From contig CDRNST010000082.1 in assembly GCA_977016875.1 (NCBI GenBank), positions 1,240,001-1,304,000 on the forward strand: a DNA stretch of 64,000 nt, given 5' to 3'. The notes under the pieces are model-generated. The model saw nothing but the letters and a program-made list of their open reading frames with translations. It was not told where the DNA came from and ran no database searches. The stretch is from Pavona decussata. Lineage: Eukaryota. The number at the start of each line of letters is the position of its first letter. The stretch's first letter is position 1. This document shows positions 40,301 to 52,289 of this stretch, one piece after another. Both the position numbers and the translations under genes were made by a program.

Positions 40301-43300
40301 CAGGGAACTTGCATCCAATACCAACTATTGATATAGCAGGGCGTTTCGGCTTGAACCGTGATGATTCACCTTTCAATAATTTGAGTGACATTTCCCGCTT
40401 CTGTAGATGGATTGGCATGTCCTTTTCATTCGAAGAATCGAATTTATCCATTAATTCAAAAATTAATGTGATAATTGGCGGGGCGATTATGAGCGCATGG
40501 ATAAGACCAAGTGCAAGCACTGGAGGAACGAGTCTAAAGAAAATGTCTCGCAGATTTGGATAAGTAAACCCAAGTGAAATAGATCCACACATCTCCAGCA
40601 GAGAGGCAGTAAACACCGGCCATCCAATCGTGCTTAAGGCTGAAGCCATACGTTTTTGTGCTTCCCGCTTTTCCGAAAATATGAAACAATGAGCCACTTG
40701 AAGACTGGGATTGAGGGCCAAGACAGTTGTCAAAAACATAGAAATGAAGGTGATCTGATTCAGGTGAATTCCCAAGACCTTCATAATTCCCGCTGTCTCT
40801 GACACGAGTAAGATAAATGTTACTGTTATGTAAGTACTGATTCTCAAAAATAAAGTTGAGAATACTGAAACTACAAAGACTACAACAGTAGAAGTTACAA
40901 GGGCAAAGAATGTTTCTCTTTCTAACGAAACGAGGTCATCCAGTTCCAAAAATGTCTCGGACACTGCTGCACCTTGTAAGGATGATTGCTTTGACAAGTC
41001 GAGCCTCAGTTTCCCAAGTGACCTTCCGTCTTCCATAAAGTTGTTATGACGTACCATCGAAAAATGAATACGAGATGCAAGAATTTCATGCCGAGGACTA
41101 TCTTCTTTAAAACGTATGTCGCCTCGAAAAGAGGCTTTTGTTGACTGATTTAGGAACAAGTTCAAACAATGGTGAAACTCTATATCTGAGCAGCTTAAAT
41201 TTTGATTTTGCGACCACTGCAGTAATTCTGCCATCCAGCATACGGATCCCCCCTTGCTGTAGGGTGCCTTCCCCAAGATTTTGCAAATGTCTAGTATTCG
41301 ATTTTGTTGAGCCTTGTTTGAGTAGTCAGTCTCTCCAGAGAAAACGACGCTCACTCCATTTTCTTTTCCGAAGAAAGTTTCTTGCGCTTTATTGAACTGA
41401 TTGAAGTTGTCATTGTTGCGATAAAAGTTTTTAGGGGTACTCGTTCTTTCACCAGATTGTAATGCAAATGACACACAAAAACTGATGATGCATGCAAGAA
41501 TAATTAATGCCATAGCTTTACCAGGGAGTGTCATTAATGTCCTTGAAGCAATTGCAGGAAAGTGTCGCAGGGTAGCTTGTAGGTGTTGCATGCACCCCTC
41601 GCAGAACTTTGTGCAGTTAGAGAATGGCAGTCTTCCTCCATTGCGCCGCGAACATAAAGTGCTCACTATCTTCAAATGCCTCTCTAGAGACAATAGCAAA
41701 GTCATTGTAATTACAAAAGTTGTAATCGAAACGAGTAAATATCCCACAAGTGCCACTACAAAGAAATTTGAAATCACACTGAACGAAGAATTGATTGCAA
41801 TTCCCAAGAGAATTGTCCCCAAGAGAATTGTTGAAAATAGATGGAGGGTCCCCGCTCTAACAACACAGCTGCTGACTCGATGTTGTAATGAGAGCACCTC
41901 CTTTTGACGCTCCCATTCGCGCCAGAAAATCACTGCGTCTGACATTGCTTTCCCTAAGAACAAGAAGGGAAAGAACAACGTTGTTGGAGAAAAGGGAATA
42001 TTTGCCGTTGAGATAATGCCTGCAGCGCACGTAAGGGGCAGCAGAACAGATAAAAATATCTGTAAGACTCTTGTAAAGAAGGTAAGACTTGTAGAAGAAA
42101 GGTAAATGACAAACAAGACAATAAGAAGTATTATCAAAACTGATAAATACACTGGCCGTGTTTCTGGTTGAAGGACAACTTGTAAAACATCGGTTGTGGA
42201 TTTCCTTGTCCTGAGGGAGAGCGTTGCACATTTCAAACTAACATTCGCTGATAAGACCATGTTCTCAAATGATGATTCGAAGTTGAGGACTTTTTGGTGC
42301 TCTTCGTCATTAGCTTCTTTCCTAATAAAGTAAGTTATTCGAAGGGCGTCGGCCACGGTGGTTGGTGGATCTGTTTTGTAGTCTACCTCAAACCCACTGA
42401 GCATCCTCTTAAAAGAAGAATGAAATGATTGACCAGTAGAAAGAATCATCATGGGATTTTTCCATTCGCGAGCCAAAATAGAAGATAAGTTTTCTAAATG
42501 CTCATAACGAGCACCAGCTAGCTCTAAAGGGCTACTAATGATGCAGTCGTATCCAGCTTTTTCTGCTTCTCTTTTTGGAAACAATTGCCTCAAGCACAAA
42601 TTTTTGTAGCCGCTTGTGTTTACGACCATTTGGTGAACAAGTAAGGCTTCTTCCAAACAATGTTCAGTCAGAATGTTTTGACCTTGCTTAGGGGTCATGA
42701 TGATTTGCTCCTGTCGTGCCTCAAGAAGTGGAAAGAATTCCGCCGCTTGGCGTAAATCGTCCCTGGACTGACTATCTGTCACAATAAACTGATCACTAGA
42801 TGGTTGCTCGACACGAAATCGAACGAAACCCAGAAAGCAGGCAGAAAGGACGACAACTGAAATAACCAGAACGACCAACGCTTTCCGAGCGAGAAAAAAT
42901 CCTAATTGCTGGAACGCTTTCTCATAGCCAGCGATGATTCGGTATGAGATGGTCCTTCGTCCTTGAATGATAGCGTTATAGCGGCCTAGGCGACGTCTTT
43001 TCTGACTCTCATGAAAATCAACAGACCAAATAGACCTGAGAAAGAAAAAAATCATTGAAAACTTGTAAAGAATCAAAAAGCATAATCAAACTCAATGTCG
43101 TCACACAGGCATAACGACATCGTGAAACGTTTGTGTAAATTTTCAAACTGTGTCTTTCATAACAAAATTAGAAATCATAAATATTTTAACCGAGTTTTCG
43201 TGAATAAAGATAATATAAATAGTGAGAAAAGGTTCAGAAACAGCAATATATATGCAGTCGAACCTCCCTGTGTGACCAGCAACCAAAATACTAAAATTTT

Positions 43301-44727
43301 TCCGGTGAAATTACTATAGCTGGAACCTCCTATATACGACCACCTCTCCTATGCCTCTGTGGCCACTTTTTGTGCAGACGGTTTCAAAAATTTTCTGTTG
43401 CTGTTAGCCTCCGGTAGATCGAAGGACGCTAATTCGAAAATGAGACAGAAAATATTTAAACGCGTAAACCATAAGTAAGCGTTTTCTTCAGTTTCCGTGT
43501 TGAGAGCATTGAAATGTCATATTTTGGTACAGCGATCTTAACGCTTAAAATAACGGTTGAATGTGTGGGATGCTCTATGATCCGGAGAATAATCATATCA
43601 AGTCTACGTTGTTTAAAGAGACTTCTCAGTAACATACAGCGCACTGAATATAGATCTATCGCGGACTCTGTCAAGTTAGTGTCCGTGTTAAGGAGGTTAT
43701 TCTTTATCATCAAACCTATCTAATGCGAGTATAATGATAATAAAACTCTTCTCGGTTCGGAAATCATACTAGAAATGGTTTGTCTCGACTGTTTCATGAA
43801 ATGTTTAAAATATTTTTTTTATGACTCAAAACAAAATTTTGCTTAAGTTTAGGTTTTGCCAGGTTATGTCTTTATAATAAAAATTTCGCAAATGAATCTA
43901 CAACTGTTTCGGTTAAACCGCATTCTTTCGTTAACTCATTTCTTAAAAGCTCTAAAGGTAATAAAATAGTTTACAAGAAACTTGTCTCTCTTAAAAGCTA
44001 TGCTCCAGAGAAACGCCAATTGAAATGGAACACCGTCGTTTCCCAGGAAGGTTGTAAGGCTGATTGGAAAGCAGCTTACACCTTGGCATCGAAGGGCACT
44101 AAAAGTTCGACCCTCATTAACTTTCAAATTCTTGCACAGAATTCTTCCTACTAACTTTTTTGTAATAAAAATTGGTATCAAACAAGACCCACAATTCTCT
44201 TTTTGCAGTAAAGCTCCTGAAAATCTTATTCACCTTTTCTCCTATTGTCCAAAAGTTTATATGTTCTGGAAGGTTCTGATTGTTAAACTTCTTGAATGTG
44301 AACTTATACCTCACGACTATTTGAAAGATATCCAGGATAACCAGTAACAAGGTTCCTCAGCTAAATATGTTTTTGGCGGTCCTCAAGTCCCAATTTAAAA
44401 TTGAATCCTATAAACAAGCTCCTACTTCGAAGAAGTGGGATCCTTTAGTACCGCTCTTCGACAATTATTGTTAGTTTCTCTGACAAGCCGTTAACAAATT
44501 AGTATGTTTTTCCCAATTGGCCTCCTTGTTTTTGAAATGTTATTGTTTTACAGCATTCATTAATTTTCTTCTAATTTCGCTCTTGGCACTGCTCACTAAT
44601 GAGTTTTTGATTTTCCCATTTACTAAAAGAGAAGTGGTTTACCGCTAAAACTTCTCATCTGTCAGGTTATTACTTCAGCACCGGCCATTTCCTTAAGTGT
44701 ATTTGTTTACTAGCACGCCTATTGTTA

Positions 44728-44786
<59 letters not shown>

Positions 44787-46507
44787 GTTTATTTATTTAT
44801 TTATTTTTTGTGATTTTTATTCTTTTTGTGTGTTGTAGCTGTAATTAGTGTATTGTTAAAGATTATGTAATGTTGTACGGTTTGTTGATTTGTCAAATAA
44901 AGTTAAAAAAAAAAGGTTATGTCAGCATTTGGAACACTGAAATTAGCAGAGGCGAATGACTGAAAAGTTAGATCCCTGTGTCTGAACTATGGGAAACGAC
45001 CACCTCTCCCAGACGACCACTGGAATGGAATGTTGGAATGGAAGGGAACTTCGACTGTATTCAGATAAGCAACTGCTTGTGTAATATTCAATTTTTAAAG
45101 ATTCCAGGAAAGATACTCGATACCAGTGAACAGGCCTCGGACAATTCTACTTGATGTGGTGACGTGGAGTCATTTGAGGTACATTATGTATAACCTCCCG
45201 AAATGCGCATTTTCTTTTTTTTTTTTTCTTTTGCTGCTAAGAAACGCTCAGTCATTACGAAAACTGTTAAAAAAGCTGTAAGATAGCGGAAAACCAGTCA
45301 ATTCATATTTCAGTGTAAATTCACAACCAAGCATGTAATTTACTTTATTCTACAATTTCCTCTTCACGATACATCTTCCATTCAAAGTGTATCGACCATG
45401 AACACTTTGACGCGAGCACTTCGCGAATAAATGAAACGCAAAGCGTTTGCGCTTTGGAAGTCAACTATATTATTAGTTATCAGTGACGGAATCACAGTTT
45501 TTGATCCCTCCAAATATAACGAACTGCTCCCAGCCTTTAAAATCCTGGTTGCCCAGGCTACGCCAGTTATAAGGCCGTGTGGCTTTTCTTCCTGTACGCA
45601 GATTTGTTAGTTGTGATTTATTTCTTTCAAAAATTTGCCCAAATATGTTTATGCCTCCTACGCAGATACTCCCAAAGAGCGTCGTCATCCAACTGTATCA
45701 CTTAATAACTTGATTCATGGGTAAGAAGGCTAAATATGTAGGGCCATGGTGCACTCAATATTCCCCCTCTGTACACAACACTAAAATATTTAACAATTAT
45801 TCCACGAGGGCGCATTGAATAAGAGCAAGACCTCTCTTGATATGAGATGACAGATAGCCAATAAGGCGCGTAGCGCCGAGTTGGCTATAATCATCTCATA
45901 TCCAATAAGCGTGAGTGGAATAATTGTTTTATTAAAAACAATCGACAAATATTGTTAGATCTTGCGGATTTCGCTTTGCGAGAACAACCAGAAATTTTAT
46001 GGAAGCCATTTCTCGGGCATGGTATAATGGCTCCCTGGAATTGCATTATACAATGATCCAGTTTCAATAATATGTGATATATGTAAGACAGCTTTTCTGC
46101 AAAAAAAAACTGTGCTTTGTCAATAATACATTGAATAAGAAAACAATTTCCTTCTCAACATTGCGTCATATCTCCTGATTTTAGCCAACTCGTCACACGG
46201 CTCCAGGAGTCACGCGATTCCGAGCAATTTCAAGGATCTAAAAGCAACCAGTGACGAACTATGCGAAAGCAGACATACCAAACGTGTGGGACAAATTAAC
46301 TAAGTTCCGGCTGCTTGCTTTTTTTTTTTTTTTTTTTTCTTTACAATTCGTGACTTCGGAGGTTGTTAAAAAACAACAACAGCAGAGAAAAGCATAAAAT
46401 GTTGCTCTTGCATGCGATTGGTTGACTTAACGGAAACCTTTCAATATTATTTCTATGAGATCCCAATCAGAAAAAAAAATTTCCCGTTCTAGCCGTAAGA
46501 CTTACAT
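23440..46507 (-). CDS. Patched/NPC1-like RND membrane domain fused to iterative type I polyketide synthase (KS-AT-DH-psiKR-ER0-KR-ACP-TE-PH-like), paralog 2, ~3565 aa
   Basis: Minus-strand exons: 46507-46506 (AT of a split ATG, tentative), 43035-37299, 37191-37035, 35780-33334, 33077-32915, 32630-32352, 31734-31346, 30681-30370, 29470-29162, 27207-26977, 25769-25448, 24491-24363, 23660-23440. Eight exons have exactly the same length as in paralog 1 (157, 163, 279, 389, 231, 322, 129, 221 nt). Same catalytic motifs: DTACSSS, GHSLG, HALKQGGAVMP, GGMGGFG, GVDS, GYSYG, PGDH. Confidence 0.93.
23693..23883. other. Assembly gap (N run) in the last intron of PKS paralog 2
   Basis: 191 N. Confidence 0.99.
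24558..24633. repeat. (TTA)n microsatellite
   Basis: Direct reading; similar tracts at ~44720-44786 and ~57652-57716. Confidence 0.95.
25001..25401. mobile_element. Non-autonomous TTAA-targeting DNA transposon (Kolobok-like termini); related degenerate copies at ~20575-20968 and ~59145-59637
   Basis: TTAA|GGACGGTGCCT...AGCACCGTCC|TTAA; shared internal motifs ATCCAAAAAGAAAATT and GAGATGCGCAGA..GCGCAGT in the other copies. Confidence 0.7.
26314..26659. mobile_element. MITE-like repeat
   Basis: Inverted termini TAGGAACTTAAG / TAAAGTTCCCTTA around degenerate internal sequence. Confidence 0.5.
26735..26950 (-). mobile_element. tRNA-derived SINE-like repeat; related copy at ~47095-47240
   Basis: Reverse strand AGCTCAGTTGGTAGTGCACTGCACCGGTATCGCAGAGGTCATGGGTCCAAATCCCGTTCAAGC (A/B box-like), continuing into a non-tRNA tail. 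Confidence 0.7.
27266..27743. mobile_element. Tc1/mariner-type MITE
   Basis: TIR CCGTATTTTCTCGATTAAACGCC / GGCGTTTAATCGAGAAAACACGG followed by TA. Confidence 0.75.
28140..28281. repeat. Hairpin (fold-back) repeat
   Basis: CACTTA.GTATGGTCC..GGGAAAC.AGTTAGTTTT.GTTTTCCC arms inverted around CCTCGACTTCATCTCGG. Confidence 0.75.
28316..28576 (+). mobile_element. Internally deleted IS630/Tc1/mariner element with ~110-bp TIRs and a transposase start remnant
   Basis: TA|CAGCTGTTTCGACAAAGGTTGTC...GACAACCTTTGTCGAAACAGCTG|TA; the spacer reads MPRPYSEDMRWRAMW from 28426. Confidence 0.8.
29655..29830 (+). mobile_element. tRNA(Thr)-derived SINE
   Basis: GCAGCGTGGTCTAGTGGTTAGAGCATCGGACTTGTAATCCGGAGGCCCTGGATTCAAGTCCC head with no acceptor-stem closure, followed by a SINE-like body. 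Confidence 0.7.
40460..42935 (-). other. Patched/sterol-sensing (RND-type) domain of PKS paralog 2
   Basis: YEKAFQQLGFFLARKALVVLVIS TM1, CIISSPLE, two hydrophobic TM clusters; colinear with paralog 1. Boundaries approximate. Confidence 0.88.
43871..44913 (+). mobile_element. 5'-truncated, decayed LINE (L1/Tx1-like zf-RVT C-terminus)
   Basis: Frameshifted ..NFQILHRILPTN..KIGIKQDPQFSFCSKAPENLIHLFSYCPKVYMFWK; 3' UTR with (TTA)n, AATAAA and poly(A); 10-bp TSD AGGTTATGTC at 43861-43870 and 44914-44923. Confidence 0.85.
45790..45935. repeat. Hairpin repeat
   Basis: AACAATTATTCCAC..TATGAGATG..ATAGCCAA / TTGGCTAT..CATCTCATA..GTGGAATAATTGTT inverted arms. Confidence 0.7.
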
Positions 46508-48707
46508 CTATATATTGCCTAGTTTCTTTGCTTTGTTGACACGATCAAGGTGACACCGAAAACTTAGTTTTTGTCGTTTGTAGCCACAAAGGGTTCGTTA
46601 GCCAGCCTCTCTAGTTTCTCCAGTGTTCTGCACCCTTTTTGCCTCTGCTGAGCTTTATCAGATATTGTTGATACCTCAAACAGTTCTAATCTTCACTACC
46701 GTTCTTCGTCATTTCCGCTTTTCAAACAGTCATTACGTGCGGTCCTTCAAATCGCATTTCTGTAGATTGGCTGATTGTGGTTTAGAAACAACAACACAAA
46801 TTTATACATATTTAATTTTTTCCCTATCAATTAATGTATTAATATAGTGTGCTTTTGGGAATATTCAGTGTCCCTTATTTAATTTTCCAAGTTCGAAAGT
46901 TGCAATATTATTGTCTGTTGTATTCATAGCACATTGTTTTCAATATTGTACATGTTGTATTTATTTATTCCCGTTACGTTAAGGGCCATAACTGAGAAAA
47001 GTGTAAAAGGCTATTACGCCTCCCTTTTGTATTATATTACATTGTATTGTAATACATTGTACTGGTATTGATTGAGTGAATTAAATATGAAATATATATT
47101 TGTACTGCAGTTGAAAGATTAAATATAAGAAAGATCCACGCAGTTATTTACGCAACTAAAGCAGTTGCCTGAAAGCAATTCATACTTGAACGGAATTCGA
47201 ACTCGTGACCTCTGCGATGCCGGTGCAGTGCTCAGCATCGCAGGGGTCATGGGTTCATGGGTATGGAATACTAAAACAAAAAAAAACTTTGCGCCGAAGA
47301 GGAACAAGTTTGAAAAACATTGTTGACTGTCGATTCACTGGCTTGGTAACCAATGGATTCGCGCACATGCCAAGTCATCCAACGGGAGGTTAATTTCCTT
47401 ACTGTATATTTGTTAAAACGTCGGCTGTATAAGCGTGATACCTGAGAGTCCGACGTTAAATATAGGGGCCCAATTGAATTCAGAAACCCTTCGAAATTAA
47501 AGTTAATGATTTTCTTTAGATGAGTTTGATTATGATTTGTTAATGCTTGCCTATGGCGAAGAAACTATGCTTTACCCTAACTATACGTGACATTTTATCT
47601 TGAGCATAACTATCAATAGCAAGCTACGATAATGGCACTTGCAGTATAAAGAGAACTTTCAAAGATGTTTCCTTTGATTTCCGCAACGACAAATGATCAC
47701 GTCATATTTCTAGTTAACTACGTCATGATTCCCGAGTGGCGGCTATCTTAGGTCTCTGGATTTCCCCAAACTTCAGGAAAAGCGCTGAAGTAAAGTTGAA
47801 CGAAAAGTAATCAAAACCACTAATAGAACAGTAATATCAGCTCAAACAAATATCGATAAAAGTCATTTAGATTCAAAGTCGCCTTGGCCATAAATCCACC
47901 CCACCCATTCACCCCCCCCCCCCCCCTCCCCCGATATTCCAACCCCTTGGTCCGGTCTAATCGTCCGTAAAATTAACAAAGCTCCTCGCGTCCACACGCA
48001 AAAAAATTATATGTCAAAAAAGAATAGCTTTTCCACTGACAGAATATGAAAATCATACAAAAGTTTATCGAGAATTGTGTATGTTTACAGGCAAAATTCT
48101 TCGTCAAATCCGTGCCAACAAGAACATTTGTGAGATAAATCTTTGGCAATTCTAGCTCAATAGTTCAGTCAAAAGGAAGCCGGGAGCATATACTAAATCC
48201 GACTTTAATATTAAGTGAGTAAGAACATCTGAATTGAATAAGAACATCCATTTTGTTGGTGTTTAGAATCAGCGAAATATTAAATGTTGTATTTTTTTTA
48301 TTTATTTATTATATATATTTTTGCTTAATTCCATTGCTCTCGTAAACACGAAAAGATAGAAAAACTCAACGCTTCTGGCGCGAAACATAAAGTTTTGTTG
48401 CCGATAACACGTTCTTAAAACTGCATCGTCTGTCATATATTGTTATCTGATTTTTGTTACGTGTCAATGCTGATACTACGTTATCAGATCTTGGTCCACT
48501 TGTATGAAAGTCAACTTTATTCATTACTCGGTAAAAGTCAACTTTGTTCAGTCGTTACTCGTATGAAAGGCAAACTTGATAAACATAGAAGAATAATTGA
48601 ACGCTAGCTAAAATTTTTAATCATTGTGGCAAGCAAGTAAGCAATTAGAAATGTTTCCCTTTTCAAAGTTTTCGAACGGCTTTAATGCTCATCGCACCTT
48701 TGTCTAT

Positions 48708-48708
<1 letters not shown>

Positions 48709-48773
<65 letters not shown>
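48709..48773. repeat. (ATCT)n microsatellite
   Basis: Direct reading. Confidence 0.95.
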
Positions 48774-50522
48774 ACGCAAATTCTTTGTGACTAACCAACA
48801 CTTACAATGTTTATGAAAATTTACGTCTCAGAATAAATGAAGCAATTCTGTGAATTCTACTTTATCTTATGATAGCTCCCATGAAACGCAAGGGAAGATT
48901 CACTGACCTTTGGCGTGATAAGCTTTGACCTCGCTTTAGTCTTGCACTCGCATCCATTCTGGATCCTTTGGCCGCCTACCGAGCAAAGACAGGTAAATTT
49001 TTCAGTATGTCTTTTTTTCATTTTCTTAATGCTTCAAGCAAGCATGTCCACTTTTGATTGAGATGGCTTATTTACTGACTTGATATTACGAGACCATGAA
49101 ATTTGATCGAAGTTAGTAAAACGCTACTGATAAACAATGCAAGTTTGTTCTAACGCCACTGGGCACACGAGCGTTTTTTTTTTTTTTTTTTCTTCACGCC
49201 ATTTCTATTCAAGTTGTGAGTGGTGCTAAGTACCAACGTTTTAGACATTTTTAGTGTCACCAATGGTACAGTCTCTAGCTAGTTCTCTTCTTAATATCTT
49301 TTGTAAATATTCTTACCTACTCTATCGAGGCAGCAGCTTTATGGTATTCCTCATCAACTTGACTCTGACAAAATGGTTTGCCTGTTTTTGTCTTTCGAGG
49401 TGCTTTCTTCAGGACCGTAAGTTAGAAAACTGTAGTAGGTTAGTACATCTCCCTCTTATATACAAAGATCTCTTCTCAACGGGTCTGTGACGTACCGGTA
49501 AATGTGTCATCGATTGTCGCTCAAATTCTCGCTTTAATGTTAAGGTAACAAAGAATTCTTTAAATAGACCCCAAGTGGAAGACTCGTGCGTGAGCAGGCT
49601 ATATTGTCAGGGAAGGTGTTTTTGATGGAGACAAGAGATTAGCTAAACAGGAAAAACCACGGAATGCACACATTTTCAACCATTTCTTGTGTTTAGAGTT
49701 ATCGCAAAAGAAGTCTTCACATCATTGGAATTTCAGAAAATTAACTGAGCGCAAATCGTATCCATGTTTGTCAGTAGGTGCGATACCAAACAATACAATA
49801 CAATAGAATACAATGCAATGCAATACAATAAAATAACTTTATAACGACTCTGAAAATAAGAGGATTAAGTAGACACAACATGCAATATTAAAGTCAATGT
49901 GCTATAAATATAATGGGACGGTGATATTGCAACATTCAGATTTGCCAAGCATTGCCAAACTTTGCACCTTGCGAATAATTGAACAATGAGCGTTGAAAAG
50001 AAGATTAGTCGCGGAATCTTTTTTTTTTTTTTTTTTTTTTTTGTTTTGTTGTTGTTGTTTTTTTTTTTTTTTGGAATGGGGGGATGGGGTGGGGGCTCAC
50101 GGATTTAACGTTAAATACTTGAGCCCCAAAATAACTTACACATTCTATGCAGGATTTTAGTCATATCCTGCACGTATTTCTTCAGTGTAATTGTTTTAAA
50201 AGTTATTTATAAATAAGTTCCCCAAGTGATCTTTTTCCAAACTCCCTGATGAAGTCTGTAGTTATCAGCAGAAATCGGTTGGATAATAAACCTTGAGTGA
50301 AGAAGATATATTTCGTTGCTGTGTGCTGCTCACTAGAACCATGTTAAAAAATTACCTTAAAAAAATAAAAATAGACGGTCACAAAAAAACAGGAACAAGG
50401 AAAGGGCGTGACTGAAAGGAATATCGGTTGACGTAGCCTTCGATTTAGGTAAACCAGGAGATTCCTGTTCGAATATCAAATGGCATGCGTCATTCCATGA
50501 TTTGGTTTATTCCCGAAATTAT

Positions 50523-51030
50523 GGGCCACAAGTTGAAGTAATGCAATCACTTATGCTTAACCCCTATAACACAATTTACTTGGTCCAACTGTGGGTAGAG
50601 CTTATTATACTCGTTTAATTTACCTGTGGTCACAGAGCAAAATCTTGACAATTGCGGATTTTTTTTTTAGATCTTTTTTTTGTCATAATGGAGTACAATC
50701 TTTTTTTTTTTAAACTATGACCATTCAAAGTCTTCAAATGGAAGCTCATACCACTCTTCTTTTATTTAGATTGATTGATTCGCTGGGCCACAAGTTCAAG
50801 TAATGCAGTCATTAGGCATTTCACACTTTATTCTCTTTTAAACCGGGAGTTGGTTTGAAAAATACTTGCGTTTAATGCATGTAACACAATTTACTTGGTC
50901 CACCTGTGGGTAGAACTTCTGTTACACTTGTTTATTTTACCTGTGGTCACAGTGAAAAATCTTGACACTTGCGATTTTTGTATACCTATTAATATCATGA
51001 TAGAGTACAATTTTTTCACCTATGACTATT
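50523..51030. repeat. Diverged tandem duplication (~260-bp spacing)
   Basis: GGGCCACAAGTT.AAGTAATGCA and TAACACAATTTACTTGGTCCA.CTGTGGGTAGA..TTACCTGTGGTCACAG each occur twice. Confidence 0.75.
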
Positions 51031-51974
51031 CCGGCAAAAAGAGGCTCAGACAACTGGTTGCTGGTCATTATCCGTCACAACACTAGCTATTCAGGAACAC
51101 GAATCAACAAGAATATTTAAGCAAAATACTTCACATGCTGTATCCTATGTTCTCAGATAGTTATGTGTCCTTTTAATGGCATTTTTGGGTGAGCTAAATA
51201 CAGTTTTATCTTTTCGAACGGCCTTGGCTGAGAATTTTAAGATGTCGAAAGTTTAAGGGAATGGAATTTCATTCTTTTAATTTAAGAGGTGATGTCGGCT
51301 TTATGGAAATGTTCGCTATTTTTTTTTTTTCCTTCTTTAAGCGATGTACTTTCCCCTTCGAAAGCAAAAAGCAAAACGAACTAACGTTTCACCAATGTAA
51401 ATAAATTTTGAACTGACTGAAAATTTTGCAGAAGAAAACATTTAGTTGGGTCTCTCCGACTACTCATAATCAGGCGAGTTTACGTCTGGGTTAAAAAAAT
51501 GCTCACTTCAACATGCTCTTTATGTTTTCTATTTTTGATTACAGTATTTATTAGCCAAACATGACAGAATACTGACAACATTTACGATATTAAACACTAC
51601 TTAACTTACAATACTTACACAGTACTAACAATACTTACTATACTGGCAGTGCCAAAAATACTTTTCTTCCTGAATACCAAGTTTAAAAGTTTAAATAAAA
51701 CGACAAAACCTTCAAGTTTACTAAACATGTTTCGACGAAACCTTCAGTCATCTTCAGTTAGTTAATGTACAAGGCGTTGGAAGTTGAATTTATAATAGGT
51801 TGAAAACAAAATGTGGAATTATTATAATATTTAAGAGGTGGGGGCGCTTCTATTTCAAATCTTACATTTACAGTATTGAATTGTTCAACATTTCGATGGA
51901 TATTCGGAAGTGTTACAAATCTTACTTATAAATAGCCTTTTTGTTGGTTTTACACTATATCGTTGCTGAAAGAC

Positions 51975-52289
51975 AAAATTGTCACAATATAAATAGCCCT
52001 GGCTATAATGACTGCAAACGCTGTCTCGTCCAATCACAACGCAAAAGCTGTTTCTTTGTATAAATACGTACGTCATACATACACAAAATTTATATCTTTT
52101 TAAATTCACCCTACAAATACATCACGTCACTTCTGTGGCAGTTACTAGTGAGCTTCATAAACTGCGGTTTTCGAAGATACTTGCTGTTTTAAGTATAAAT
52201 TTACTGATCGCTTAGTCGCAGTGAAGACAAAGCGAGTTTATCTGCTGAGTAGAAACAACTCACTAGTTGTAACGCTTTTTTGAACCGCG
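51975..52289 (+). promoter_or_regulatory. Conserved upstream/5' region of Patched-like gene (CCAAT at ~52030), duplicated at ~63600-63936
   Basis: Blocks CTGCAAACGCTGTCTCGTCCAATCACA, CAAATACATCACG, AACTGCGGTTT(T)CGAAGAT, TTGCTGTTTTAAGTA and TTAGTCGCAGT are shared by both copies. Confidence 0.5.

Noticed and set aside
1469-42231. Numerous short antisense/overlapping ORFs (e.g. 8024-8575, 38992-39417, 41485-41907)
   Set aside because: Shadows of the PKS coding strand with no independent motifs.
528-43076. Bacterial/symbiont PKS contamination or a prokaryotic operon
   Set aside because: Genes have 12 spliceosomal introns with conserved phases, an adjacent U5 snRNA and animal-type repeats.
23440-43076. 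Second PKS as a haplotype or assembly artefact because of the N gap
   Set aside because: Protein divergence is substantial, introns are unalignable, and the last exon beyond the gap is paralog-specific.
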